Positions 18,051 to 28,723 of a stretch of 64,000 nucleotides of DNA are shown here, piece by piece. The DNA is from Candidatus Omnitrophota bacterium (GTDB taxonomy: Bacteria; Omnitrophota; Gorgyraeia; Gorgyraeales; Gorgyraeaceae). The notes under the pieces are model-generated. The model searched no databases and was not told the origin of the DNA. It saw only the letters and a program-made list of their open reading frames with translations. The stretch lies in assembly GCA_042572045.1 (NCBI GenBank), contig JBHPFI010000001.1, forward strand, positions 47,818 to 111,817. The letters are read 5' to 3'. Within the stretch, counting starts at the first letter, position 1; each line of letters opens with the position of its first letter. Both the position numbers and the translations under genes were made by a program.

Positions 18051-21000
18051 TATTAAAATTATATCATTAGTTGTAGCTGTAACATTCTTTGTTACATCTA
18101 CATCTTATGGCATAGACATATCTGATAGGATCCACCTACGAACCCCTCTTTTATCTAATTCAAACGAAGGTACAAATAGGTTAAAACAGGCATTATCCTA
18201 TCAGTTAAGGCAGATGCTAGGTCAGGTGGTTAAGTCAGACACTACAGAAGATCTATCATTCTACGGCGAGACAAGGAGGGCTCTTTTATTAGAAGGCGGG
18301 AAGATTCTTTTAAATGAGGAGCTGTATAATAAATATAACTCTGAAAGCATCCTAGAAAGAACAGAGGCCCTTCAGACAATTATACATGAAACAATAGAGG
18401 CTTTGCTCCAGGTAATAAAAGCGGGCCATTCTTCTAGATATCGCTCCATGAAAGAATTAGCCTTAAATCATCTCGTAGAGCTCTATTTTGCCCTTCCCCA
18501 ATCTGATAAAAGTTATAGAGATGAAATTCTTGCCAATGACATCTGGGCTATTGCGTTTGAATACAGGCTAATGGGTGTAATTCTAGAGGATATCCAGGAC
18601 ACTAATCTTAGAGCATTCTTGAAAGAGGCATACGAGATTATTGACGCGCGCGGAAGCCTGTTTGGAGAGGAATTCAGCAATATTTATAGAGTCAAAGAAA
18701 CTGTGATAAATTCCATCAGAAGAGGGATGACTTTTGTCCCTGCGGCAGCTGGAGTAGATGATGTTGACAGGTCGCTTCTGGATGAAGAAATTCATGCAAT
18801 AGTAATAAGAAGAAAATTGAACGCTCGAATTATACAAAGAATGATAAATCGGAAAAAGAGGCATTTATCACCTTACATTGATGAGGTTGACAGGGCAACA
18901 GGTGTCCAGGTTCTTTCCTTAGCCCTTGCAGGAAAAAACCTTGTGGCAAGGCGAACAGCAGAAGATATTGCCCAGAGAGTTGGAGAAAATTTGGGGCATG
19001 CTATTGCTGGTGTAATTTTAGGAGACAGAAAACTGGCAGGAGCAATGAAGGGTATGGAGAGCGCCGCCGAACAAGATATATGGAAAGATGTTCAGCATGT
19101 TGTCTTAGGCGGCGGCGTACTCTCAGGCGAATTTGGGCATGAGGCAACAGCTGTTTCAGAACAGATTCTAAACAAGCACAACCTTGATGTAGAAGTTGAA
19201 CTTTCTGAATGGGGTAGATGGCTTAATCTAGTTGGCCTGGCTCGTTCTGTTGACATATCGAAACTTCGAGAATTATTTCCAGAAGGCGGTAGGGTAAGTT
19301 TTTTGGTTGCAGATTTCGGTAAAACTATGTGGAAACCAGCCGTGGTAGAAGTAGATGTAGATACAGGTAAGGTAGTTATGATAAATGTTCTTGAGAGCGT
19401 TCCTGTTCCTGAGAATGCAGTGCATCCAGTTGCAAGGCGTTGGTGGGTAACTACAAGGCTATTAGATATAATTGTAGCCCGTTTGCCTGTGCGAGCTCGA
19501 GAGTTTTTCTATGATCGTCGTATACAGAGAACTCGGGAATTTACTGAAGACAGGTTGCGGGAATTATATGCGAACCCGCGACTAAACGAATATAATAATT
19601 TTTCTTCTAATATACTTATGCTCACCGTAGGCATTGATGGATTGGACGATGGTCTTTTGCAAGAGGTATTGGGTAAGAAGGATACCACAGAGACAATAAC
19701 AGGAATATTGTGGGATACAAAGGCAAGCGCCCTGGCTCTTACAGGAAGGTACAAGGAGCCCACGGCCGTTATGGTTGTTGGTACGGGTGCTATCTTAACA
19801 TATGTTCCTGAGACAAAAGGAGAAGTCCTTTCTTTGGCAGATAGATTTATTGTTACAGAAGGACGAGGTGGAATAACCGAGATGGCCGCCCTACAAAAGG
19901 AAATCAAGTCTCCAGATGTTGATGCGCAAGGCAGGGATGAAAACGGAAAATTTACAGAAATCCCTGGGAAAAGTCCAGAATATATGAGGGATTTTGTAGC
20001 GACCCATTATGGAAACACCCCTTTTACCATTGCACAATATATTAAAGATTGGGAAATAGCTAACCCCGGAAGAAGATTGCCGCAAAGCACAGCCTATAGT
20101 GACTTAACTAAAGCAAGGGCAAACGGATGGATTGAAAAACGTGAAAAAGCTCATTATAGACTTACCGATAGCGGTTCTTCTTCGGCTTTAGGCTGTTTTG
20201 GAGTTCAGGTTTCACAGGACATATATGTAGTATCTGATGTCATGATAGATACATTTGGTGGGTCTAATTTTCGTGCAATTCATGTTGATAAAAACACCCA
20301 GCCATTATCACTGGCTGACTATGAGCGTTTTCTAGAAAAGTTAGGAACTGTTAGTCCGTCTTTACACAACCAACTTATGGAAGAGCCAGATCAGGGATTT
20401 CAACAGGTTAATTTAGTCTATTTTACCCCCGGACATATTCTTTTAAGAGCTAGTCGGACAAAAAATCCTGAGAGTATTCGTGACGACCTTCGTCATGAAT
20501 ATTTTGAACAAATGTTACGTATGGCCCCCCTAGAGGAGAGAGAAGCTTTCTCATTATTATATGAAAGGCTCTATACGGCCTATCCTGATTTTACGGCAGG
20601 CATCGATGTTCTTTTTGGAGAATTAGAACCTTATGCAGATCAGATTGGCCAAGAAATTTTTTGGGCAGACTTCTGGACTTATGTGGCTTGGCCAGATTTT
20701 TTGGGGCAAGAGTTTTCCGAGGATATTTTAAGGCGGCTTAGTGCGCAAGCACAAACAGATCCTATAATTGCTAGATCTCTTCCCGTAGTTTTAGAATCTC
20801 TTCAAGGACTCAGAGAACAATCGGAGCGGGCCGCTGATTTGACTGTTTCACAGCTTATCGAAACATTTATTGTTGAGGAGCAACGCCAATATGATTTACT
20901 CATTCCAGAAGCGCAGGATTCAAATATAAAGCTGGCGATGTTTGATGTAGGTGGGGTTTTATTTAAAGTAGATTTTCGTAGAAGCGTTGAAAAATTAAAA

Positions 21001-24000
21001 GAATTTTGCCCCAATCTAGTGGTAGAAGCTTCAGAGCAAGGAGAGATAGACGACTACATCTATAGTTTGTTTAGCGATAGACAAAGCGGTTATCTTGGAT
21101 ATCTATTGGAATCAGGTCGGATGGGACCAGAAGAATTTTTTCAAAGGGTGATAGATGTCTTGAAAAGAGAAGGCGTAGAAATAAGTCTGAGATATAGTGA
21201 GTTTATTGAAGTATGGAACGAGGCGTACGAAGGCCCTATAGAAGAAAACATTGCTTTATTTAAGACTTTTATTCTCAAGGGTTACACCGTATATGTACTT
21301 TCTAATAATAATCCTCTCCACAAGGAACTTGTGCTGTCTCTACTTGAGAGGGAAGGGATCTCTTTTAGCCGCAGACATTTTATATCTTCCCATGAGCTTA
21401 GAATGCTTAAAGGCGAAGACACAGAAACGTTTGAGCAGGTTTTGAAGGATAAACGTATTGGGGTTGAGGTTATTAGTGGTAGTAACTTTAGAGCAAGGGT
21501 TTCTCCGGAAGAGATCATATTTTTTGACGATTCACTAGTTAATGTCAGGATGGCAACTAGCGCTAACATAAATGCTCTACATTATACAGGAGAAAAAGGA
21601 TTCGCTCAGAAAGTTAGTGATGTATTGATGCAGCCTGTTGAAAAACCACGGGCTCTTCGAGGTCTTGTTGATAAATACGTGCAAGCAAGAAAAGCCTTAA
21701 AAGCTCAAAGAGAAAGATTTGAGGACATGGTAGTTGATTTACCAGTTCGAGAACGGGTTGATCTTGAAAGGTTAAGAACATTGGGTAGCGAGTTAGGACT
21801 TGATGAGTTAGAGCAAGAAGCAGAAGCCCTAAAAGAAGAACTAAGTAAATATAGAGCTCCTGATGGGCATATATCCTGGTGGCATTATGGAAGTCAAGAA
21901 GCTAATGACTGGCCCACAAGTTATTCTAGAGATAGAGAGCTACCAGCAGATGAGGTTTGGGATATGGAAAGAGAGCCGTCAACAGATGAAGTGTGGATAG
22001 GTTTGGAACAAGTAGCTCTTGGCGCCAAGGTTATTGCTGTTGATTTTGGAAGAACGCTCGTACCTACCAATGCTCGTATTATAGCAGTTGATGAGTTTCT
22101 GTTAAACTGCTTATCAGTCATGGAACTACTTTTAGTTGCTGATAGTGAATTGCGCATTTATATAATTTCTGGAGCAGCTGTTAGAGAAAGAATAGAAGAG
22201 GTGATAATGTTTTTTCCTAGTCGCTTTCATATGTTAAGTACAAGTACAAGGTTTAGGGTTAGCGAAACAGTATATGATAAAGGCCAGGAGGTGCAAGAAA
22301 TATTACATGAGTCTAATCTACCGGAAAGTTCAGTAATCGCTATAGGCGACAGCGAAGAAAATGATCGCCCAATGGCCCTTAGTGAAGGTTATTTTGTTCA
22401 AGTGTATCCTCATACGCGATCTGTTAGCCCAAATGCATTAGATGTACTAGGACGCATCCTAGATATAAAGGGCCAGATTTTTGTACAGCGTGAAGACATA
22501 GAAGATCAAGATTTAGGTGCAATGGGTAAGTTTTTTATCAAAGATGCTTCTTATGATCATGGGAGGAGTACACTTTCTGTTAGGTTAATTGATATGGAAA
22601 AGCCTCAAAGAAACTTAGAGAGCGTAAAGATAAATGCTCAACGTGCTCCTCCAGGATTGATAAATGAAACATTGCAGCAACTGATGGTGATGAGTACGAA
22701 CCCAATGGTAGGGAGGATTATACGTTGGTACACAGATGAATTTGTAAGAAGTGGAGACGCCCTTATCCTCGAAGATAATAAAAGAGATCTATTAGGTCTA
22801 GGCAAGAGAAATATTATTGCAGTATCACGCCATCTAATAAATAACCCCGTAGCTTTATTCCATGAAATAGCCCATGCATATTTTGACGCACACCCTAACG
22901 AAATAGCCCGCATAGAAAGACAGCTTGCCAAGGGAAGGTTAAGATGGGTAAATTCAAAAGATCAGTCACTTAGGACTCATTATGTACTAAGGGCATTCCA
23001 GAGGCAGATATTCAAAGAAAAAGATAGATATCTTACCCAGCTTATAAATAACGTTAAGGAGACCAGAGAATCAGTATCCAGAAGAGAGTTGTTTTATTTG
23101 GGAGACAATTTAATAGAGCTAAAGCAGCTAATACCATTGGCCGAAGCTCTTGAAAGTGCATTAGGGCAGATTGATGATGAAAGGGCAAGAGCAATGCTTT
23201 CAGGAGGCTTTTCAGTAGATGCTGGTGGATATAGCATTGATAATCCAGGCGAACATTTATTGGACATTGTTATAAGAGATGAAACTGGTTCTAAGGTGGC
23301 TGCAATAAAGGTTTGGCCCCTTAAACAAGCAGATGGCGTATCGTATGATAAAAAGGGAGTGTTTTTAGAATGGTTTGGCATAGAGCCATCATGGATGAAA
23401 GGAAGAGGGGTGTCTGGACCAACACTATACCAGGCATTAGCAAGATTTTTGCATGAATTAGGTTATGAGGAGATATATGCCAATATAAAATGGGGTTCTG
23501 ATGATTTCTGGGAAAATATGGGTTTTGAACCTGCAGAAGAAAGTATATATATACCTGGTAGCATACCTGGTTTTTATATAGAAAAACCAGGGGTTATAAG
23601 AGGTGGTAATTGTCCTACGATTGCGCAACTGCATAAAGGAATAATTACAGATCATGTTGCTGAAGGCAAAGCTTCAATGTTAAACATCAGAGGCTTAACA
23701 CCTGAACAGCACGATATGCTTAATCAAGCCTTAGGGACCTTCTTTGTAGGTTTAAACCAGGTACGCAGTGATATAGATGTCCTTGGGGAAGAAGAACTTG
23801 GTAGAATAGACCCGGAAGGTGTTTTAGGAGAAGTAGAAGACCTCAGGGCTTATAGATTCACTAGGGAACAGTTACAACAAGCACTTGAAGATATAGATGC
23901 CCTTCCAGAGGATATAGAATATATCATAGCTAACCTTATTGCCCATCCAGGTAGATTCAGGGATACAAAGGGTATCCCAAGGGCAACAAATCTTTTTATC

Positions 24001-27000
24001 CTGGATGAACACTATAATATCCTTACTCAATTAGAATCTAGTCTACAGGCTCAATGGGCAAGACATGAGCGTGCACATTTAGATGATATCACGCGTTCAG
24101 AGCAAGATATACAAATTGATCATCCAATTGATAGTGTAGTAGGATCTTTAAGAATCAGGATTGCAGAAGCCCGGTTGCTTTCCGAAACCGATAAACTTGA
24201 TGAATATTTTCTAAAAGAAGTTTGGCCTGATGATTTGACCCAGAAGATCGAGCGAATAATCAATGGGAGGCCTATTACCACTATATTCGGGAAGAACTTT
24301 TTGTTTGTAGGTCGATTTCTTTTTATTACACAAACAGAACGGGGCAAACACAAAGATGAGCTTCAGGATTTTAAGGATTCTGTTATTATATGTAACCTTT
24401 CTTATAGTGAGCACAGCCCTTTTCTTAACTTTGAATGGGGGATTAATACACTTTTAGCAGTTCAGATGCTCCAGGCATATGAAGATGAGGTCAGAGGTAA
24501 AACACTTCTTGATGCTGGTAGCGGTTCGGATGCAGTACTGGGGATGGTGGCTCATAGATTAGGTACAAAACAGGTTTTCTGCGTTGAAGGAAATGGAGAA
24601 AAGGCTAGGGGATCAAGGACATTTTTGGAGATAAACGGAATCGACCAGGGGGTTGTAAGAGTAGTGCATGCTGAGTTCTCTGAACTATTAAGCTCTCCGC
24701 AATTAATAGATAAGCCGGATATTGTAATCGCCAATCTTTCTTATAATGGCTTTTATGCAGAAGACAGAAGCGTACCTCGCATTTCTGATTTAGAAGGGCT
24801 TAAGAACTGGCACAGCCAATTAGCGAGAAGATTTTCTCCTGAACTTTATTTTCTCTGTGGAGCTGTGGAGGAATTCCCTAGTAGAAAACCAGCGGGATGG
24901 ATAGAAGTAGCCAAAGGAGCGATGGATGAAGCCGGCTATAAGATTGCTTTAGAAGAGAGTTTGTACCGCGTAAGGGAAGACGAATCAACTACTTTTGTAT
25001 TAGAGCCTGCGATTGGCCAGACTCAGAAGACGCCCGATGAAATTCTGAGAAACATCATGAGGAGTAGAGATGAAAATAGAATTATCGCCCTTATCGATGA
25101 ACTTAGAAAGGCAACATATGATTCTATAGAGGATACAGATATCTATCTAAACAGAGCCCAAGTACATCTATCTAAGTTAAGAATAGAAAGGCGTAGACGT
25201 AAAAGAACGCTACTTGATACACGAGCTGAATTAGATGCGCTGATACGTGAAGCATCAAAGAGGCCCTTTGGTTTTTCTGTGCAAGAGGTAGAGGGGGGAG
25301 ATCTATTTATAGTAGTCAATGGACAGGTTCCTTTGGAAGATGAAGATTATAAAATAATACTATATAATTTGGTATCATTAAAGAAAATTGTTTCTGAATG
25401 GGGCTCTGATAGAGGCGAAGAATTGATAGATTATGTTAGAAGAAGGACGCTTTCTGGATTTCTTGAGATCGACGACATCAGTCATGAGCAGGGATTTTTA
25501 AGCTTAAAAATTGGCGGTTGTGTTTCAGTGACTATAGATATAGCAACCTTAGAGATAGTTTCACAGTCTGGATTGACATTTTTGCCAAAAGCGGATTTTT
25601 ACGACAGTGGCGTGGTGCGCGAATTCGGGGATTACGTTGCAGGACTTATGGAGTCGGAGCTTGGATTCGATGGAGAAGCAAATATGGGGCTAGATACTAT
25701 TTTGTCTTGGGAGTATGGCGCAAGGGCAGCGAGCAAAAAAGTTGACAGTATACAAGGAGCGAAGTCTTTTGAATTAGACGCTGCTTCTGCAGATGAAGAA
25801 TTGCCTAGTGAGGGGGCCGCCGAAGGCGAAGACGGAAAAACCCAAGCCGAGATAGCTAAAGACAAATTGCTCGGGGAAGAATTTGCTCCTTTGGATCATC
25901 CGCACAATATCGCTAATAAGTTAAACGATTGGTATTATCAAGCGTTTGGAGGGGCGGCTTTCAGAAAAACGGAAAGAGTCGGTACCCTTGAAGAAGCAAG
26001 CGCAAAAAAAAGCGCAGAGGAATTTTATGACACATTGAAGATTTTGGATAGCCAAGGTAGCTTGCTAGAAGAGATTGTAGTTCAAGAATGGGGCGCGGGA
26101 GATGGTTATTCTGCCGCTGTTTTTCTAAGTAGACTAAAAGAGCTTGATGAAGAAAATGGCACTAGCTATTATCAAAGATTACGATACGTTCTGATCGATA
26201 AATCCTCAACAGCCGCTGAGGATATAAAAACCAATCCTTATTTATTAGAGCATGCAAGAGTAATAGATACGCGTGTGATGGATGTTTTAGAGGGCGGAGA
26301 GAAGCTTCGCGAGATATTATTAATAAGGGCCAACTCCCTCTTGAATTCACTTCCTAAAAAGATGTTTAAGATTACGAATGGCGACATTTATGAATTATAT
26401 ACAAGGCCATATCTTGATATGGATGAGGTAGAGGTATTGGTAGATAGTAGCGGCAGGAAATACGGGATCGAAGATATGCGGCGCATACTTAGTGAAGAGG
26501 ATGTAGAAGCTATGCGCCGACTCGGCAGAGAGTTCTTCAGGCGCATAAAGTGGGAGGAAAGATACGAGCCGATTACAAGTACAGAGGAATTGCCCTATGG
26601 AGAATATCTGGAAAGCTTGGTTAGGGATGGTTTTGAGGGAAGCATTGCCCTGGATCTAGGTGCACTAACATGCCTAAATAATATGTTGATACAGCTATCC
26701 TCTCACGGCAGCTTACGGATATGTGATGCAGGCGCCGTAGAGTATCCCGAGATAGGAGAAGTAGCTGGCAAATTATTCAGATTCTATGGAGCCATCTATT
26801 CTCCTGTAAATTTTCATTTTTTAAATGAAACGGCCCCTGTTTCAGTAGGAGCAGTAAGTCAGGTCGCTTATGGCGGCGAGTATGTGCAAAAGAGAATTGG
26901 GTTGGTGAAAGTTCTCAATCTTATCCTAAAAGATTTTGAAACGTTTAAAAGATATTTCAATGCAGAAACTTTTTTTACGCCACCATCTCTAACAGTCCCT

Positions 27001-28536
27001 GAAGGTCAAAGAACAGGGTTATTGGAAACATCGGATACCCTCATGCAAGAATACGGGTTTAGCGAAGAAGGTCTGGAAGTATTTAAACAAAGATTGGCGG
27101 ATAGTAGACAGAATATGCATCGTCGACGGATAGATGAGATAGCTCTTTCGTTTGAGGAAACAGGAAATTTTGTAGGTAATTACGTAGATGCATATATATA
27201 TTGGGTATATAGACGGATGGGAGCAGAAAGAAATAATTTACTGGAAAGCCAGAGGTGGCTAATTCCCGGCTCTTGGCAGGACTTAGCCGCTTACGATCAA
27301 TATAAAGAATTTACTAAATTTTGTACTATTTATAATTTTTACGGTGCCGTAGATGCTATTTTTGATGACATGGAAAGCTTTTTCCCTGGATTAAAGGTGT
27401 TTACTGTTAGGCCGGATAAGACTAGTGGCCCATCTTTATTAGAAACTTCCACGAACGAACTTGATATTGATACGCAAGGCAGGGATGGACAGGGAAGATT
27501 TGCAGAACTCCCTGGGAAAAGTCCGGAATATATGAGGGATTTTGTAGCGACCCATTATGGAGACAGCCCTTTTACTATTGCTCAATATATTAAAGACTGG
27601 GAGGCAGCTAATCCTGGGAGAAGATTGCCGCGTAGTACAGCATATAGCGATTTAAGGAGAGCAAGGGCAAATGGATGGATAGAGGGATCCAAAGAAGGAG
27701 CTCATTTAGATTTAGACGAGTTAATGAGATATTCTTCGATAGGCGGGAGTGCACTCAACCATGAGCTGGTTTTTCATATCAAAGGCAGTGATAGTAAGGA
27801 TCCGGAAGTGGCTAGAGATGAGAATTTAAGAAATATGCAAGTAATTGCAGTAGAATCAACTCTAGACCCAGAGTTTTTTGGCGAGGATCATACTACGCAC
27901 ACATTGTTATTTATAGATACTGAAAAAGACGAGGTGGTTGGTTACGCTGGAGTTGCAATACAAGGGGAGCGCATTATTGGCGGTTCAGGCAAGGTTTTTG
28001 ACTCATTTAGAAATCATGGTTACATGGGGAGAGCCGTAAAGCTTTTACTTTTAAGCCGTCAAACAAAAGAATGGTTCTCGTCTTACTCATTAGAAAAGCC
28101 GGCAGAAAGAATGTATCAAAGAATTGGAGAAGACTCGCGATTTATCATAACATCTGTCAGGCCTTCAGGATACCTCTTAAGGCTTAAGGCCGAGCAAGTC
28201 GCTATGAGTGAGTTACAGCAAACAGTTGTACTATTCTCAGGAGATGAAGCGCAAGATAACCTTGATGGCTTTAGGCAGGCATTAGATGAGCTAGATGAGA
28301 CCAATACAGCTGTAGTAATAGTAGATTCAGAAGAACAGCAGAGATTTTTCATAGAGCACAGAGGAGAACTAGGAAGATTTTATATTAGAACACCGGGACA
28401 ATTAGGTTTAGCTAGCTTTGATTTAGAACAGGTCATGACTACGATAATGGGTATAGATAATCTTAGATGCGTTCCTCTCACAGATTCCCTCTGCGACACC
28501 TTTGAATCCCTTAAGCAGGCCAGGGGCCAGGTGTAG
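18025..28536 (+). CDS. giant secreted multidomain protein, paralog 1 (3503 aa)
   Basis: Uninterrupted 10.5-kb ORF. N-terminal signal-like MINFKKLFSIKIISLVVAVTFFVTSTSYG. Internal motifs: HAD (MFDVGGVLF...YVLSNNN...FFDDSLVNV ~20930-21600), HExxH (FHEIAHAYF ~22861), GNAT-like (~23290-23530 and ~27895-28130), PrmA-like methyltransferase (LLDAGSGSDA...DIVIANLSY ~24440-24800), second SAM methyltransferase (QEWGAGDG ~26000-26350). The repeated ~70-aa module occurs twice, and the C-terminal domain is conserved. Confidence 0.85.
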   Translation: MINFKKLFSIKIISLVVAVTFFVTSTSYGIDISDRIHLRTPLLSNSNEGTNRLKQALSYQLRQMLGQVVKSDTTEDLSFYGETRRALLLEGGKILLNEELYNKYNSESILERTEALQTIIHETIEALLQVIKAGHSSRYRSMKELALNHLVELYFALPQSDKSYRDEILANDIWAIAFEYRLMGVILEDIQDTNLRAFLKEAYEIIDARGSLFGEEFSNIYRVKETVINSIRRGMTFVPAAAGVDDVDRSLLDEEIHAIVIRRKLNARIIQRMINRKKRHLSPYIDEVDRATGVQVLSLALAGKNLVARRTAEDIAQRVGENLGHAIAGVILGDRKLAGAMKGMESAAEQDIWKDVQHVVLGGGVLSGEFGHEATAVSEQILNKHNLDVEVELSEWGRWLNLVGLARSVDISKLRELFPEGGRVSFLVADFGKTMWKPAVVEVDVDTGKVVMINVLESVPVPENAVHPVARRWWVTTRLLDIIVARLPVRAREFFYDRRIQRTREFTEDRLRELYANPRLNEYNNFSSNILMLTVGIDGLDDGLLQEVLGKKDTTETITGILWDTKASALALTGRYKEPTAVMVVGTGAILTYVPETKGEVLSLADRFIVTEGRGGITEMAALQKEIKSPDVDAQGRDENGKFTEIPGKSPEYMRDFVATHYGNTPFTIAQYIKDWEIANPGRRLPQSTAYSDLTKARANGWIEKREKAHYRLTDSGSSSALGCFGVQVSQDIYVVSDVMIDTFGGSNFRAIHVDKNTQPLSLADYERFLEKLGTVSPSLHNQLMEEPDQGFQQVNLVYFTPGHILLRASRTKNPESIRDDLRHEYFEQMLRMAPLEEREAFSLLYERLYTAYPDFTAGIDVLFGELEPYADQIGQEIFWADFWTYVAWPDFLGQEFSEDILRRLSAQAQTDPIIARSLPVVLESLQGLREQSERAADLTVSQLIETFIVEEQRQYDLLIPEAQDSNIKLAMFDVGGVLFKVDFRRSVEKLKEFCPNLVVEASEQGEIDDYIYSLFSDRQSGYLGYLLESGRMGPEEFFQRVIDVLKREGVEISLRYSEFIEVWNEAYEGPIEENIALFKTFILKGYTVYVLSNNNPLHKELVLSLLEREGISFSRRHFISSHELRMLKGEDTETFEQVLKDKRIGVEVISGSNFRARVSPEEIIFFDDSLVNVRMATSANINALHYTGEKGFAQKVSDVLMQPVEKPRALRGLVDKYVQARKALKAQRERFEDMVVDLPVRERVDLERLRTLGSELGLDELEQEAEALKEELSKYRAPDGHISWWHYGSQEANDWPTSYSRDRELPADEVWDMEREPSTDEVWIGLEQVALGAKVIAVDFGRTLVPTNARIIAVDEFLLNCLSVMELLLVADSELRIYIISGAAVRERIEEVIMFFPSRFHMLSTSTRFRVSETVYDKGQEVQEILHESNLPESSVIAIGDSEENDRPMALSEGYFVQVYPHTRSVSPNALDVLGRILDIKGQIFVQREDIEDQDLGAMGKFFIKDASYDHGRSTLSVRLIDMEKPQRNLESVKINAQRAPPGLINETLQQLMVMSTNPMVGRIIRWYTDEFVRSGDALILEDNKRDLLGLGKRNIIAVSRHLINNPVALFHEIAHAYFDAHPNEIARIERQLAKGRLRWVNSKDQSLRTHYVLRAFQRQIFKEKDRYLTQLINNVKETRESVSRRELFYLGDNLIELKQLIPLAEALESALGQIDDERARAMLSGGFSVDAGGYSIDNPGEHLLDIVIRDETGSKVAAIKVWPLKQADGVSYDKKGVFLEWFGIEPSWMKGRGVSGPTLYQALARFLHELGYEEIYANIKWGSDDFWENMGFEPAEESIYIPGSIPGFYIEKPGVIRGGNCPTIAQLHKGIITDHVAEGKASMLNIRGLTPEQHDMLNQALGTFFVGLNQVRSDIDVLGEEELGRIDPEGVLGEVEDLRAYRFTREQLQQALEDIDALPEDIEYIIANLIAHPGRFRDTKGIPRATNLFILDEHYNILTQLESSLQAQWARHERAHLDDITRSEQDIQIDHPIDSVVGSLRIRIAEARLLSETDKLDEYFLKEVWPDDLTQKIERIINGRPITTIFGKNFLFVGRFLFITQTERGKHKDELQDFKDSVIICNLSYSEHSPFLNFEWGINTLLAVQMLQAYEDEVRGKTLLDAGSGSDAVLGMVAHRLGTKQVFCVEGNGEKARGSRTFLEINGIDQGVVRVVHAEFSELLSSPQLIDKPDIVIANLSYNGFYAEDRSVPRISDLEGLKNWHSQLARRFSPELYFLCGAVEEFPSRKPAGWIEVAKGAMDEAGYKIALEESLYRVREDESTTFVLEPAIGQTQKTPDEILRNIMRSRDENRIIALIDELRKATYDSIEDTDIYLNRAQVHLSKLRIERRRRKRTLLDTRAELDALIREASKRPFGFSVQEVEGGDLFIVVNGQVPLEDEDYKIILYNLVSLKKIVSEWGSDRGEELIDYVRRRTLSGFLEIDDISHEQGFLSLKIGGCVSVTIDIATLEIVSQSGLTFLPKADFYDSGVVREFGDYVAGLMESELGFDGEANMGLDTILSWEYGARAASKKVDSIQGAKSFELDAASADEELPSEGAAEGEDGKTQAEIAKDKLLGEEFAPLDHPHNIANKLNDWYYQAFGGAAFRKTERVGTLEEASAKKSAEEFYDTLKILDSQGSLLEEIVVQEWGAGDGYSAAVFLSRLKELDEENGTSYYQRLRYVLIDKSSTAAEDIKTNPYLLEHARVIDTRVMDVLEGGEKLREILLIRANSLLNSLPKKMFKITNGDIYELYTRPYLDMDEVEVLVDSSGRKYGIEDMRRILSEEDVEAMRRLGREFFRRIKWEERYEPITSTEELPYGEYLESLVRDGFEGSIALDLGALTCLNNMLIQLSSHGSLRICDAGAVEYPEIGEVAGKLFRFYGAIYSPVNFHFLNETAPVSVGAVSQVAYGGEYVQKRIGLVKVLNLILKDFETFKRYFNAETFFTPPSLTVPEGQRTGLLETSDTLMQEYGFSEEGLEVFKQRLADSRQNMHRRRIDEIALSFEETGNFVGNYVDAYIYWVYRRMGAERNNLLESQRWLIPGSWQDLAAYDQYKEFTKFCTIYNFYGAVDAIFDDMESFFPGLKVFTVRPDKTSGPSLLETSTNELDIDTQGRDGQGRFAELPGKSPEYMRDFVATHYGDSPFTIAQYIKDWEAANPGRRLPRSTAYSDLRRARANGWIEGSKEGAHLDLDELMRYSSIGGSALNHELVFHIKGSDSKDPEVARDENLRNMQVIAVESTLDPEFFGEDHTTHTLLFIDTEKDEVVGYAGVAIQGERIIGGSGKVFDSFRNHGYMGRAVKLLLLSRQTKEWFSSYSLEKPAERMYQRIGEDSRFIITSVRPSGYLLRLKAEQVAMSELQQTVVLFSGDEAQDNLDGFRQALDELDETNTAVVIVDSEEQQRFFIEHRGELGRFYIRTPGQLGLASFDLEQVMTTIMGIDNLRCVPLTDSLCDTFESLKQARGQV
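19915..20136 (+). repeat. conserved ~70-aa module, copy 1 (DVDAQGRDENGKFTEIPGKSPEYMRDFVATHYG..PFTIAQYIKDWE.ANPGRRLP.STAYSDL..ARANGWIE)
   Basis: Near-identical to 27463-27684 and 44704-44926 (~90% nt identity). Confidence 0.8.
27463..27684 (+). repeat. conserved ~70-aa module, copy 2 (within giant gene 1)
   Basis: DIDTQGRDGQGRFAELPGKSPEYMRDFVATHYGDSPFTIAQYIKDWEAANPGRRLPRSTAYSDLRRARANGWIE. Confidence 0.8.
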
Positions 28537-28567
28537 GAAATAGGGCTCCGCCCCCCTAATAATTTGC

Positions 28568-28596
28568 TTGACAAACAAGAGGGGTTAGTATATACT
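28568..28596 (+). promoter_or_regulatory. sigma70-like promoter (TTGACA-17-TATACT) ahead of the long csp leader
   Basis: Consensus -35 element and good -10 element. This leaves a ~125-nt 5' UTR before cspA, typical of cold-shock genes. Confidence 0.4.
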
Positions 28597-28723
28597 ATAT
28601 TTAGTTTAGTAGTAAATAAGTGAGTAGAAGTCTTTGGCCGTAAGGCAAAAAGAAGTCGCCTTTCGGTTTTTTTTATTTTCTGCCGTTGTTTACTATAATC
28701 TTAATGAAAGGAGGTAGTAGATA

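Noticed and set aside
19509-19907. Numerous 60-140-aa minus-strand ORFs inside the giant genes (e.g. 19509-19907, 22638-22931, 43010-43432, 44082-44489, 46685-47038, 60741-61163)
   Set aside because: All are fully embedded antisense to long, domain-rich + strand ORFs. They lack RBSs and have low-complexity Ser/Leu-rich translations. Treated as shadow ORFs.
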